From Clostridia bacterium (GTDB lineage: Bacteria; Bacillota; Clostridia; Oscillospirales; SIG627): DNA of 64,000 nt. The notes beneath the pieces were generated by a model. The model had not been told where the DNA came from and did no database searches. It saw nothing but the letters and a program-made list of their open reading frames with translations. The position numbers and the translations under genes are program-made. The stretch is from NCBI GenBank assembly GCA_017517325.1, contig JAFWZW010000024.1:20092-84091 (forward strand), written 5' to 3'. Below, one piece after another: positions 37,940-47,871 of this stretch (position 1 is its first letter; the number at the start of each line of letters is the position of its first letter).

Positions 37940-39070
37940 TCAAAAACAAATCTTATACAGCCGCAGGCATCGGCTTCCGTCAGCGCGGGCGATGGAAACG
38001 GCAAGAACGTTTTCATAAACGAAAACGGCTTTTTCGAAATTTTCCCCTTCTCCCAAAGCGGAAAGGAGAGAAAAGCTTCTCTTTTCACTAAGCACCAGAA
38101 CGTCATCCTTCTCCTTCATAGACGCAACGGCGTATTCCCCTGCGGGAGAAACGGAAAGGATCTCACCGGAGCCGTAGCCCTCAAGACGTGGGCTTTTGTG
38201 CTCGGTACCCAAAAGAAGATGGCTCCAGAACAGACGGATGGCGCCTTCCTTTTCCTCTTTCACGTCAAGCCTTTGAGCGTAGAGACGGTCGACGGTCTTG
38301 CCGTAATCTCCTTTGGGATCCAAAAGGGAGGCGGCCGTTTCACCGGTGGCACAATCCAGTGCCACGTAAACCTCACCCTCATCCCCTTCGGCAATAAAAT
38401 ACGCCTGCGTATTTCCCACGAAGGCTCCGAATCTCACGCTATTGCCGTATTTCTTCAGAGAATAGGTTTTAACCTCAACCACCCGCAGGCTGTCATCCAT
38501 AGGATCGGTGCGGTAAACGGTGACCTCCTCGCCTTCCAAAGAAAGAGCGTAGGAAGCGTTGGCGGAAAAGGCGATCACGTCGGTTCCGTAGGGATCCACT
38601 CCCTCGACGGAATCTGAAAAAATGGGAAAGGAAAGCTTTTCGGCCGGAAGCACGCGGTATTTTTTGCCGTCTTCCTCAAGGTAGATCAGCTTTTCGGCGG
38701 TGCAAACGGGCCAGAAGGGCTCGTAGGCGGGATCGGCGGGATAAAAATTAGTGCAGGAAATACCGTAATCCAGCTGAGTATCCACTCGATAATAAGAAAA
38801 CGCTTTTCCCTCCAAACCGAAGGGGGAAAGATCCAAATTGATCCGTTTCTTCTCCTCCAGCACCGCTCTCCCCACAGGCTGATAGAGGTAGGCGGTCTCA
38901 CCGTCTTCCTTCAAAAGGAGCTTTCCGTTATAGTCGTACGCCCCCTCCAACTCCTTCAAGGGAGCAAGACCTGTGGCGGCGTAGCGCAGGGCCCAATGCA
39001 AAATGACCCCTACGAGCCCGAGCAAAAGCGCAAAGGCAACGCATAGGATCGCCAGATGTTTTTTCTTCAT
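37940..39070 (-). CDS. membrane-anchored hypothetical protein
   Basis: MKKKHLAILCVAFALLLGLVGVIL anchor after an AAGGAGGAG RBS; beta-rich body; no recognised motif. Confidence 0.7.
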   Translation of the reverse strand: MKKKHLAILCVAFALLLGLVGVILHWALRYAATGLAPLKELEGAYDYNGKLLLKEDGETAYLYQPVGRAVLEEKKRINLDLSPFGLEGKAFSYYRVDTQLDYGISCTNFYPADPAYEPFWPVCTAEKLIYLEEDGKKYRVLPAEKLSFPIFSDSVEGVDPYGTDVIAFSANASYALSLEGEEVTVYRTDPMDDSLRVVEVKTYSLKKYGNSVRFGAFVGNTQAYFIAEGDEGEVYVALDCATGETAASLLDPKGDYGKTVDRLYAQRLDVKEEKEGAIRLFWSHLLLGTEHKSPRLEGYGSGEILSVSPAGEYAVASMKEKDDVLVLSEKRSFSLLSALGEGENFEKAVFVYENVLAVSIARADGSRCLRLYKICF

Positions 39071-39143
39071 AAGGCTCCTCCTTAAAAAACAACATTGTAT
39101 TTTTCGAACTTTTATGTTAGAATGATCCTTGAGGTGAATTACC

Positions 39144-39575
39144 GTGAATATTTTATTGGTTTGTACCGGAAACACCTGCCGTTCACCGATGGCAGAGGCA
39201 ATTTTGAAAAAGCTGGGTGAAGCCCGTGGGCTTTCCCTTTCCTGCACCTCCGCAGGGGTTTGCGCTTATCCGTCGTCTCCTATGTCACCGCAAGCAAAGA
39301 GCGTGCTGGAGGAATATTACGACGTTTACGGCTTTGATCACAAAGCCACCCCCATAACCCGTGATGCTTTGGAAAAGGCAGACCTTGTGATCGCGATGAC
39401 AGAGGATCACAGACAGCTTCTCGTTCAGAAATTCGGCTTTCACGAAAAGGTTGTGGTCATCCCCGGGGGCGTCAGCGACCCCTTCGGCGGTGATACCCTG
39501 CGCTATCTGCAGGCTGCAAGAGAAATCGAAGCAGGGCTTTTGACCCTTTTGGAAAAAGGGCAGATCCATGGTTGA
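39144..39575 (+). CDS. low-molecular-weight protein (Tyr/Arg) phosphatase, YwlE-like
   Basis: VCTGNTCRSPMAE P-loop, DPFG. Confidence 0.9.
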   Translation: MNILLVCTGNTCRSPMAEAILKKLGEARGLSLSCTSAGVCAYPSSPMSPQAKSVLEEYYDVYGFDHKATPITRDALEKADLVIAMTEDHRQLLVQKFGFHEKVVVIPGGVSDPFGGDTLRYLQAAREIEAGLLTLLEKGQIHG

Positions 39576-40005
39576 AATTACCCTGATATCCACGGAGAGC
39601 ACCAAGGAAATCGCCTCTTTGGAGGCAGCTCTTTTTTCCGACCCTTGGAGCGAAAAGGCTCTGGCCGATTTCTTCAGCGCCAAGCACGCACGGGGCCTTA
39701 TTTGCCGCATTCAGGGGGAATTTGCAGGATACCTTACGGGGAGCCTTATCTGCGGCGAAGGAGAGCTCCTGCGGATCGGTGTTGACCCGCGCTTCCGCCG
39801 CAAGGGGCTGGGCGCCCGCCTGATCCGACAATTCAGGCTTATGGCTGAAAACGAAGGGGCTGAGGTGCTGTTCCTTGAAGTGCGAAAAAGCAATACGGGG
39901 GCTGCGGCTCTCTATGAAGCCTGTGGCTTTGTAAAAACGGGCGAACGCAAGGGGTATTACCAAAGCCCCAAGGAAGACGCCCTGTTATATCAACTGAAAC
40001 TATAA
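39568..40005 (+). CDS. rimI: GNAT N-acetyltransferase RimI
   Basis: FSDPWS, RRKGLG, FLEVRKSN, GERKGYY..EDAL; next to tsaD. Confidence 0.9.
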   Translation: MVEITLISTESTKEIASLEAALFSDPWSEKALADFFSAKHARGLICRIQGEFAGYLTGSLICGEGELLRIGVDPRFRRKGLGARLIRQFRLMAENEGAEVLFLEVRKSNTGAAALYEACGFVKTGERKGYYQSPKEDALLYQLKL

Positions 40006-40025
40006 ACCGAAGGAATGAATCCCAT

Positions 40026-41039
40026 ATGAAAATTTTAGCCTTTGAATCCTCCTGTGATGAAACTGCCGCTGCCGTTGTGGAAGACGGGCGGCGCATCCTT
40101 TCCGACGTAGTCCTTTCTCAGATCGATATTCACCACCGCTACGGCGGGGTAGTGCCCGAGATCGCCAGTCGCGCTCATACGGAGGCCATCTGCACCGTTT
40201 GTGAAAAAGCACTTGCCGACGCAGGTCTCACCCTTGACGGGATCGACGCTATCGGCGTTACCAACCGCCCCGGTCTCATCGGAGCGCTTTTGGTTGGGGT
40301 CAATTTTGCAAAATCACTGGCTTTTGCCAAGAAAAAGCCCTTGATCCCCGTGAATCACATTGAGGGGCACATTGCCGCGGCCTACCTTGCTCACCCTGAT
40401 TTAGAGCCACCCTTTCTGGCAATGGTTATGAGCGGCGGTCACACCTCTCTCGTGGAGGTGCAGGGCTACACCGCCTTTTCCCTCATCGGTGCCACCCGTG
40501 ACGACGCCGCAGGCGAAGCCTTCGACAAAGCGGCGCGTGTACTGGGGATCGGCTATCCCGGCGGAAAAGAAATGGATCGGCTTGCTTCTCTGGGAAACGG
40601 TGACGCCATTCCCTTCCCTGCCGCGGCCATTCGCGATCACGATTTTGATTTCACCTTTTCCGGTTTGAAGACCGCGGTGATCAATTACGTTCACAACAAA
40701 AAGCAGTTGGGAGAAGAGATTTGTCCCGAGGACCTGGCAGCCTCCTTTACCAAAGCGGTATGTCGCGGCATTGCCTCCCGCCTTGAGAATGCCTTTGACG
40801 CATACCCCCACAAAAAGCTGGTACTGGCAGGGGGCGTTGCCGCCAATTCCCATATTCGAAAAACGGCGGAAGCGGTGTGCGAAAAGAAGGGCGTCGCTCT
40901 TTATCTTCCGCCCCTTTCCCTTTGCGGAGACAACGGTGCAATGATCGCCGCGCAGGCCTATTACAATTACAAGGCGGGGATGACGGCGGATGAAAGTCTT
41001 AACGCCTTCGCCACTTCACCTTTTAACTTCAAATTTTAA
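40026..41039 (+). CDS. tsaD: tRNA N6-adenosine threonylcarbamoyltransferase
   Basis: ESSCDET, GGVVPEIASRAH, HIEGH, SGGHT, DDAAGEAFDK, DNGAMIA. Confidence 0.97.
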   Translation: MKILAFESSCDETAAAVVEDGRRILSDVVLSQIDIHHRYGGVVPEIASRAHTEAICTVCEKALADAGLTLDGIDAIGVTNRPGLIGALLVGVNFAKSLAFAKKKPLIPVNHIEGHIAAAYLAHPDLEPPFLAMVMSGGHTSLVEVQGYTAFSLIGATRDDAAGEAFDKAARVLGIGYPGGKEMDRLASLGNGDAIPFPAAAIRDHDFDFTFSGLKTAVINYVHNKKQLGEEICPEDLAASFTKAVCRGIASRLENAFDAYPHKKLVLAGGVAANSHIRKTAEAVCEKKGVALYLPPLSLCGDNGAMIAAQAYYNYKAGMTADESLNAFATSPFNFKF

Positions 41040-41044
41040 CGATT

Positions 41045-41176
41045 TTATCCAACGTTTTCCACAAGCAGTTGTGGGAAACTCTGTGGAAAATGTGAAAAAC
41101 CCCGATATTTTCAAGGATTTTCGACGTTTTTCTGTGAAATGGCTTGGGGAAAATGTGAAAAACTCGTTTTTTCACA
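41045..41176. promoter_or_regulatory. cluster of DnaA-box-like 9-mers
   Basis: Eight 9-mers within 1-2 mismatches of TTATCCACA in both orientations, e.g. TTTTCCACA at 41055 and TGTGGAAAA at 41082. Confidence 0.6.
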
Positions 41177-41188
41177 AGATCGCTTTTT

Positions 41189-41899
41189 TTACTCCTCTTC
41201 CCCTTGAGATACGGGCAAGGCGGCCTCTCCCGAAAGAAAACGGATGGCGCGTTCCACGGAATCTCTGGCGTTGCCCCACGGCTCTTTTTGATAGCGATAA
41301 TCAAATTTTTTGCAAAAATGAGAAATATCTCCCTTTAATTCCTCCAGATATTTCATCTCCACGCCCTGTGCCGCATCCAGAAAATCAGAAAGGCGCTTTT
41401 TGTTGATAAAAAGCTTGGCGGTCCTCAGAAAACGGGTATAGCAAGGGAGGCAAAAATAGGTCTGCTTTTCCATTTTTTTGCGAAATTCAATATCCATATC
41501 CCAAAGGAGACAAGCGGTTTCAAACATTTTGCTCCAATGAAATTCCACACGCTCGCAAACGTAGCAGGTCTTGCAGAAGGAATCGGTATGTTCGGAAACC
41601 GTTCCCACCTTCTCCTTCAGGCTGAGCTTGGGAGTGGCACACTCCTTGCGGATCAAGTCAAGATGACTTTCCAGCATCAGCGCAAGGGGAAGGCGCTTTT
41701 GTGCATCGTACATTTGATGAAAATGGTGTCCGCAGAAGCCTTTTTCATTGGTCTTGATGCGAATATCGGGCTCCATCATAGAAGCACCCAGGATCAGATC
41801 GATCTCGTTAGCCTCCAGTTTTTCGCGCATACGGCAGAAGGGGCAGGAGCCACTTTCATCAAAGGCCTCGTTGACGGGTATGGTATAAATTTTTTCCAT
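41189..41899 (-). CDS. conserved Cys-motif protein (DUF6062-like)
   Basis: MEKIYTIPVNEAF..CPFC, ASMMEPD.RIKTN.KGFC, CYVC, FCKKFDYR. Confidence 0.75.
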   Translation of the reverse strand: MEKIYTIPVNEAFDESGSCPFCRMREKLEANEIDLILGASMMEPDIRIKTNEKGFCGHHFHQMYDAQKRLPLALMLESHLDLIRKECATPKLSLKEKVGTVSEHTDSFCKTCYVCERVEFHWSKMFETACLLWDMDIEFRKKMEKQTYFCLPCYTRFLRTAKLFINKKRLSDFLDAAQGVEMKYLEELKGDISHFCKKFDYRYQKEPWGNARDSVERAIRFLSGEAALPVSQGEEE

Positions 41900-41992
41900 A
41901 GATTTCTCCTTTAGTTCATCTATCTTTTATGGTAACACAAATTCTGCCTTTTTTCAAGAGGAAACGAAAATCACGAAACAGAAAGGATCGGT

Positions 41993-42736
41993 ATGGCAAA
42001 AGTTCTTCACAAGCTGGATGAGGCCCACAGCCTCTATCAGTACACCGACGGTTTTTCCTTCGGCACCGACGCGGTGCTGCTTTCTGCCTTTATCCGTTGC
42101 CGCAAGGGTGACGTTGGCGTTGAGCTGGGGACCGGAACGGGTATTATTCCCTTGCTCCTTTCCATTCACAAGGAATTTCGCAAGCTTTACGCTCTCGAGA
42201 TCCAGAAGGATTACGCTCTTCTTGCAAGGGAAAACGTGGAACTAAACGGATTTTCAGAAAAAGTAGAAGTAGTAGAGGGAGATCTGAAGCAGGCGGAAAG
42301 GCTTGTTCCCGCCCCTTGCGATTTTGTTTTTTCCAATCCCCCTTATATGAAAAAGGAATCGGGCAAGGTAAACGACAACGAAAAAAAGCGCATTGCCCGC
42401 CACGAGATCCATTGCGACGTTGATGACGTTTGCCGCAGTGCCGCATCTCTTTTGCAGGACAAGGGAAACTTCTTCTGCGTTTACCGTACGGACCGTATGC
42501 CGGAGCTTTTTTTCGCTATGCGCAAATACCTGCTTGAGCCCAAGGATCTGGTACTGGTCTGCCCCAAAGCGGAAAGCGAACCGAGCCTGATCCTGGTGCG
42601 GGGCGTAAAAGGCGCCATGCCGGGACTCAAAACCAGAAAGCCCTTTGTGATCCAAGATGAAAAGGGTGAGAAAACCGAGGAATGCCAACGCCTTTACGAT
42701 ACGGGTGTTTTAGAATACGGGAGGCAAAAGTCGTGA
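41993..42736 (+). CDS. tRNA1(Val) A37 N6-methyltransferase family (YabB/TrmN-like)
   Basis: FGTDAVLL, ELGTGTG, NPPY, IARHE. Confidence 0.88.
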   Translation: MAKVLHKLDEAHSLYQYTDGFSFGTDAVLLSAFIRCRKGDVGVELGTGTGIIPLLLSIHKEFRKLYALEIQKDYALLARENVELNGFSEKVEVVEGDLKQAERLVPAPCDFVFSNPPYMKKESGKVNDNEKKRIARHEIHCDVDDVCRSAASLLQDKGNFFCVYRTDRMPELFFAMRKYLLEPKDLVLVCPKAESEPSLILVRGVKGAMPGLKTRKPFVIQDEKGEKTEECQRLYDTGVLEYGRQKS

Positions 42737-43329
42737 GAAAGACCTTATGCCTGATCCTTGCCGCTCTGCTTTTTCTGACGGGCTGCACCGCCACCCCCAA
42801 TATAAGCGCCAACACCGTGATGGCAAAGGTACGGGAGCACCGCGAGCTTTTGATCCAATGTGCGGAAGAAATGCAAAAATTCGGTTTGGAACGGGTCTAC
42901 GTTGCTATTGAATTTCCAAAAGAAGAGAAAGATAAGAACGAAAAAGCCCCCTCCGTCACCACCGAAGCCCCGGTAGCAAGGCTGGTTTCCTTCGAAAAAG
43001 AGAGCGATGACAGAACTGAGATCAAAAACCCCATCCTGCAGGAGGCCATCGAAACCTTAGGCCTTGAGTTGATCTTTTTTCAGACTGCTTCCGATTCCAG
43101 ACAAACTGTGATCTTCAGCTACACCAGGGAAGCTGACAGCGGCGTTCAGCAAGGCTTTTACTATTCCTACGACGCTATGCCCGCAGGCTGGTGGGGGCGG
43201 AAAGCGGAGCTGGAGCGCAAGGATCAAAGGTGGCTCCAGATGAATCAAAAGGGCGATGCCTGGTATTACACCGTTCAAATTGAAGATCACTTCTACTATT
43301 TTGAGAAAAACGGCTATCTTTTGGGATGA
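42733..43329 (+). CDS. lipoprotein of unknown function
   Basis: GTG start after GGAGG; lipobox (M)RKTLCLILAALLFLTGC. Confidence 0.75.
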   Translation: MRKTLCLILAALLFLTGCTATPNISANTVMAKVREHRELLIQCAEEMQKFGLERVYVAIEFPKEEKDKNEKAPSVTTEAPVARLVSFEKESDDRTEIKNPILQEAIETLGLELIFFQTASDSRQTVIFSYTREADSGVQQGFYYSYDAMPAGWWGRKAELERKDQRWLQMNQKGDAWYYTVQIEDHFYYFEKNGYLLG

Positions 43330-43333
43330 CAGA

Positions 43334-43376
43334 TAGAAAAAACGGACTGCAAAATTTTTGCAGTCCGTTTTTTCTA
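43334..43376. terminator. bidirectional intrinsic terminator
   Basis: TAGAAAAAACGGACTGCAAAA / TTTTGCAGTCCGTTTTTTCTA perfect inverted repeat. Confidence 0.85.
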
Positions 43377-44738
43377 CGCTTCTTGCGCTCGCTTCATTTC
43401 CCGCAGTACCTTTTGCACCAAAAGGGTGGAGATCAAAGTGGTGATGGCATCTGCCACCAGCTGGGTAGAGACCACGCCGTAAAGGCCGAAGATCGTATTC
43501 AATAAAAACAGGAGCGGGATATTCACAAGCCCCTGACGGCAAATGGAAAGGATCAGAGATTCGGGGCCCTTCCCCATTGCCTGAAGGGTGAAGGTGCTAT
43601 GAAGGTTATAGAACATCAGAGGTGTTGCAAGACAGCAGATGCGAAGAAAGATCTTACCGAAGGCGACGGTGGCTCCATCGGGAATGAAAAAGGTAACCAG
43701 CGGCGTTGCAAAAATCTCGAAAGCCACAACGCAGGCAAGAGAAAAGGTCAATCCCGCAATGCGGCAGGCAGATATGACCTTTTTCATTCTGACCCGATTG
43801 CCCGCAGCGTAGTTATACGCCACCAGCGGGAGCATACCCTGACAAAGACCCATTCCCACGTTCAAAGGAAGCATATCGATCTTTTTCACTACCCCCAGCG
43901 CCGCCAGTTCAATATCCCCATAGCCTGAGGAAAGCTGGTTCACGAACATATTGGAAACACTCGCCAAAAAGGCACCTAAAAAGGAGGGAATGCCCGTTGC
44001 CATAACGGCTTTAAAATAGGAGGCACCGGAAATAAAATAAGCGGGAGAAAGGGAAAGCACCGTTTTCCCGCGCAGGGATGCGATCACCACCAGAAAGTAG
44101 ACCAAGCTGATCACGTTGGAGAGACAGGTTGCAATGGCGGCACCCGTTACCTCCTGCCCACGGGGAAGCAAAACGAACATAAAGATAGGGTCAAGAATGA
44201 TATTCAAAACACCGCCGAGCCCCAGACCGAAGCTGGCCTTGGAGGCATACCCTTCGCTACGGAGCATATGGGAAAGAGCCATACTGAGGGTTGCGGGAAC
44301 CCCGCCGACGATCACCACCCAGAAGGTATAGCTTGCGGCAAATTCATAAGTATTTTCGCTGGCGCCCACGGCGTGGAGAATAAAATCCATGAACAGAAGG
44401 CAGCAAAGAGAATACACTAAAGTAATGCCGATGGTACAATAAAAGCTGAAGGAAGAGACCTTTTTTGCTTCCTCTGCCTGCCCCTTCCCCATCAGACGGG
44501 AGATCAGGCTGCCGCCACCCACGCCGAAAAGGTTGGAAAGAGAACTCATTACGAAAAACAAAACGAAGGCAAGGGTAGATGCCGCTACCTTATAGGGATC
44601 CTCCGTCTTGCCTATGAAAAACGTATCCGCCAGATTATAGATCATACTGATCAACTGGCTGATAATGGTGGGAAATGCCAAGGTCGCCAATGCTTTCGGC
44701 ACGGGCATCGTTTCAAACAGTTCTTTCTTTTTATCCAT
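43374..44738 (-). CDS. MATE family efflux transporter (MepA-like)
   Basis: IYNLADTFFIG, LRSEG, LNIILDPIFMF, about 12 TMs. Confidence 0.93.
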   Translation of the reverse strand: MDKKKELFETMPVPKALATLAFPTIISQLISMIYNLADTFFIGKTEDPYKVAASTLAFVLFFVMSSLSNLFGVGGGSLISRLMGKGQAEEAKKVSSFSFYCTIGITLVYSLCCLLFMDFILHAVGASENTYEFAASYTFWVVIVGGVPATLSMALSHMLRSEGYASKASFGLGLGGVLNIILDPIFMFVLLPRGQEVTGAAIATCLSNVISLVYFLVVIASLRGKTVLSLSPAYFISGASYFKAVMATGIPSFLGAFLASVSNMFVNQLSSGYGDIELAALGVVKKIDMLPLNVGMGLCQGMLPLVAYNYAAGNRVRMKKVISACRIAGLTFSLACVVAFEIFATPLVTFFIPDGATVAFGKIFLRICCLATPLMFYNLHSTFTLQAMGKGPESLILSICRQGLVNIPLLFLLNTIFGLYGVVSTQLVADAITTLISTLLVQKVLREMKRAQEA

Positions 44739-44995
44739 AAAAAGTGCAAATGTTCCTTTCTTCTACAAAACAGACGCAATTATAGCACAAAAAATTACTC
44801 AATGCAAGAAGAAAAGAGCATCCTTTCACTTATGCCATGTGCCTTTACATTCAAATAATAAAAATATTTTTTAAAAATATCATTTTTCGCCAAAAAAATT
44901 TCGGATTTTGTATTGCAAAACAAAATTGTTTGTGGTATACTGTGGCCATTGTAATGATAAAAGAATGCGATCTAACTGCAGAAAAGAGGACCAAT

Positions 44996-46213
44996 ATGAC
45001 AAACAGCGGTATTTCCGATAAACTGACACTGGTACATTCCGATATACGCGGCCCCGTTTACGAGGAAGCACTACGGATGCAAAACGCCGGAAAGAAGGTA
45101 TTAAAACTAAACACAGGCAACCCTGCCGCCTTCGGCTTTGCCATGCCTGAAAGCGTAAAGGAAGCGCTTACGCGCGGAATGGATGGGGCAGTAGCCTACT
45201 GCGACCTAAGAGGAATGCCCGAATCCCGACGGGCGATCCTTTCCTATCATACGGGAAAAGGCATTAAAGACCTTGAGATGGATGACATTTTCATCACCAA
45301 CGGCGTCAGCGAAGGGGTGCAGATGGTGTGCCTCTCTTACCTGAGCTACGGAGATGAGATCCTCCTTCCCTCTCCCAACTACTCTCTGTGGGAAAACTGC
45401 ACCCACCTTGCCGGGGCAAAGCCCGTTTTCTATCAGTGCCGTGAGGAAAACCAATGGATGCCCGACCCTGAGGATATTCGCAGTAAGGTAACGGCAAAGA
45501 CCCGTGCCATTCTTATCATCAGCCCCAACAACCCCACCGGTGCGGTATACTCCAAGGAAGTAATGGAGGAGATCATCGCCATTGCAAGAGAGCACGATCT
45601 TGCAATCTTTTCAGACGAGATCTACGACCGTCTTGTTATGGACGGTCTCAAAGCCATTTCCCCCGCTTCCCTTGCCCCCGACCTTTTGACCGTAACCTTC
45701 AACGGTCTTTCGAAATCTCACATCGTTTGCGGCTTCCGTTGCGGCTGGATGGTATTTTCCGGTCCCAAGGAAAAAAGACTTCCTTTGGAGGAAGCAGTAA
45801 CGAAGCTTTGCTCCATGCGCCTTTGCTCCAACGCTTTGGCACAGCTTGTGGTACCTGCGGCTTTGGAGGACCCGGAATCCACCCGTGAAATGCTGGTACC
45901 CGGCGGAAGGCTGTACGAGCAGAGAGAGACAACCTGCAGCGTGCTGGAAAAGATCGAGGGGATCAGTTTCGTGAAGAATCGTGCCGCCTTTTATCTTTTC
46001 CCCAAGCTGGATAAGGAGCGCTTCGGCATTCACAACGATCAGCAATTTGCCCTTGACCTGCTTCACGCCAAGAACCTTCTGATCATTCCCTCCTCCGGCT
46101 TCGGCTGGAAGGGGAACGACCATTTCCGTATCGTAATGCTTCCCGAAAAAGAAGTGTTGCGCAGTGCAATGGAAGATCTAGGAGATTTTCTCTCCGATTA
46201 CAAGCAAAAATAA
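44996..46213 (+). CDS. PLP-dependent class I aminotransferase (AlaA-like)
   Basis: DIRGPV, KLNTGNP, NGVSE, PNNPTGAVY, SDEIYD, GLSKSH..GFRCGW. Confidence 0.9.
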   Translation: MTNSGISDKLTLVHSDIRGPVYEEALRMQNAGKKVLKLNTGNPAAFGFAMPESVKEALTRGMDGAVAYCDLRGMPESRRAILSYHTGKGIKDLEMDDIFITNGVSEGVQMVCLSYLSYGDEILLPSPNYSLWENCTHLAGAKPVFYQCREENQWMPDPEDIRSKVTAKTRAILIISPNNPTGAVYSKEVMEEIIAIAREHDLAIFSDEIYDRLVMDGLKAISPASLAPDLLTVTFNGLSKSHIVCGFRCGWMVFSGPKEKRLPLEEAVTKLCSMRLCSNALAQLVVPAALEDPESTREMLVPGGRLYEQRETTCSVLEKIEGISFVKNRAAFYLFPKLDKERFGIHNDQQFALDLLHAKNLLIIPSSGFGWKGNDHFRIVMLPEKEVLRSAMEDLGDFLSDYKQK

Positions 46214-46219
46214 ACATAT

Positions 46220-46257
46220 GAGGCCGTAAAAAACGAGCGTTTTTACGGCCTCTTTTT
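46220..46257 (+). terminator. intrinsic terminator
   Basis: GAGGCCGTAAAAA-acgagcg-TTTTTACGGCCTC followed by TTTTT. Confidence 0.8.
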
Positions 46258-46373
46258 CGGCATAATGGACAAAAAAACCTATCCCTTACCACGGGTTTTT
46301 GTTTTTATGACTATGAATTATAGCATTATGTCGAAAAAGCATTAAAAAAGTGCAGTTTTAGCAACACTTTCCC

Positions 46374-46402
46374 TTGCAAAAACCGCAGCAATTTGTTATA
46401 AT
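46374..46402 (+). promoter_or_regulatory. sigmaA promoter of the fumC-hdr-flx-frd operon
   Basis: TTGCAA (46374-46379) - 17 nt with TG - TATAAT (46397-46402). Confidence 0.65.
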
Positions 46403-46469
46403 TACGATAACTGTTTTGTTGGTGAAACCCCAAAATACATCTTCATTAATATAATAAACGGAGGACATT

Positions 46470-47845
46470 ATGGAATATCGCATTGAACACGACTCTATGG
46501 GTGAGGTTAAGGTACCTGCCGACAAGTACTGGGCAGCACAGACGGAGCGTAGCCACGAGAACTTTAAGATCGGCGTAGGGATTGAGACTATGCCCCGCGA
46601 GATCGCCCGCGCTTTCGGCGTTCTGAAAAAGGCCGCCGCCATTGCCAACCACGCCTTGAAGCCCGAAAAGATGACCGCTGAAAAGCTTGACGCCATTCAA
46701 AACCTTGCGACGAGGTAATGGCAGGAACCCTCAACGATCATTTCCCCCTGGTGGTATGGCAGACCGGTTCCGGTACCCAATCCAATATGAACGCAAACGA
46801 GGTCATTGCCAACCGCGGCAACGAGCTTGCAGGTCAGAAACTTCTGCATCCCAACGATGACATCAATATGTCCCAAAGCTCCAACGATACCTTCCCTACC
46901 GCGATGCACATTGCGGCCGTAGAGGCAATTGAAGATAAGCTGTTCCCCGCTATGGATCTTCTCATTTCCACACTGGTTCGCCTTGAAAAGGAAAATGAGG
47001 GCATCGTAAAGAGCGGCAGAACGCACCTGCAGGATGCAACCCCCATTCGTTTCTCTCAAGAGATCAGCGGCTGGAGAAGCAGTCTGGAAAAGGACAAGGA
47101 GCTTTTGAACGCTTCCCTGCCTCACCTGAAGGAACTGGCATTGGGTGGCACCGCCGTTGGTACCGGTCTCAACGCTCCCAAGGGCTTTGACGAAAAGGTT
47201 GCCGAGGCCGTATCCCAGATCACCGGCAAAAACTTCGTTACCGCAGACAACAAATTCCACGCTCTTACCTCCAAGGATGAATTGGTATTTGCTCACGGTG
47301 CTCTGAAGGCATTGGCCGCAGACCTGATGAAGATCGCCAACGACATTCGCTGGCTGGCAAGCGGTCCCAGACTCGGCATCGGTGAGATCTTTATTCCCGA
47401 AAACGAGCCCGGCTCCTCCATTATGCCCGGCAAGGTGAACCCCACCCAATGTGAAGCAGTGACCATGGTTGCCGTTCAGGTTATGGGTAACGACGTGGCC
47501 GTTGGTATGGCCGCAAGTCAGGGCAACTTCGAGCTGAACGTATTTATGCCCGTTTGCATTTACAACTTCCTGCAGTCCGCACGCCTTTTGGCAGAATCCA
47601 TCGTTTCCTTTAACGATAACTGCGTAACCGGCATTCGCGCCAACAAGGAAAAGATGCACGATAACCTTCACAACTCTTTGATGCTGGTAACTGCGCTGAA
47701 TCCCTACATCGGTTATGAAAACGCTGCAAAGACCGTAAAAAAGGCGTTTAAGGAAGATATTTCCCTGAAAGAAGCCTGCGTTGCACTGGGCTTTTTGTCC
47801 GCGGAAAAATTTGACGAGGTTTTCCGTCCTGAAGATATGGCTTAA
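46470..47845 (+). pseudogene. fumC: class II fumarate hydratase split by a 1-nt frameshift (true lesion or sequence error)
   Basis: 5' part [22 protein letters not shown] (46470-46718); 3' part [31 protein letters not shown] (46718-47845); frames differ by one base near 46704. Confidence 0.9.
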
Positions 47846-47871
47846 TTTTCAAAACCAGAAAGGAACTCACA

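Noticed and set aside
39094-39122. sigmaE-like promoter on the minus strand (TTCTAAC-14-AATACAAT)
   Set aside because: Imperfect -10, overlaps a divergent sigmaA-like promoter, and the downstream genes show no sporulation signature
46305-46340. dif-like sequence (…ATAGCATTATGTCGAAA)
   Set aside because: Only the right arm resembles dif; the left arm does not match. TTATGTTAA near 7688 fails the same test and lies in the rpmE promoter region
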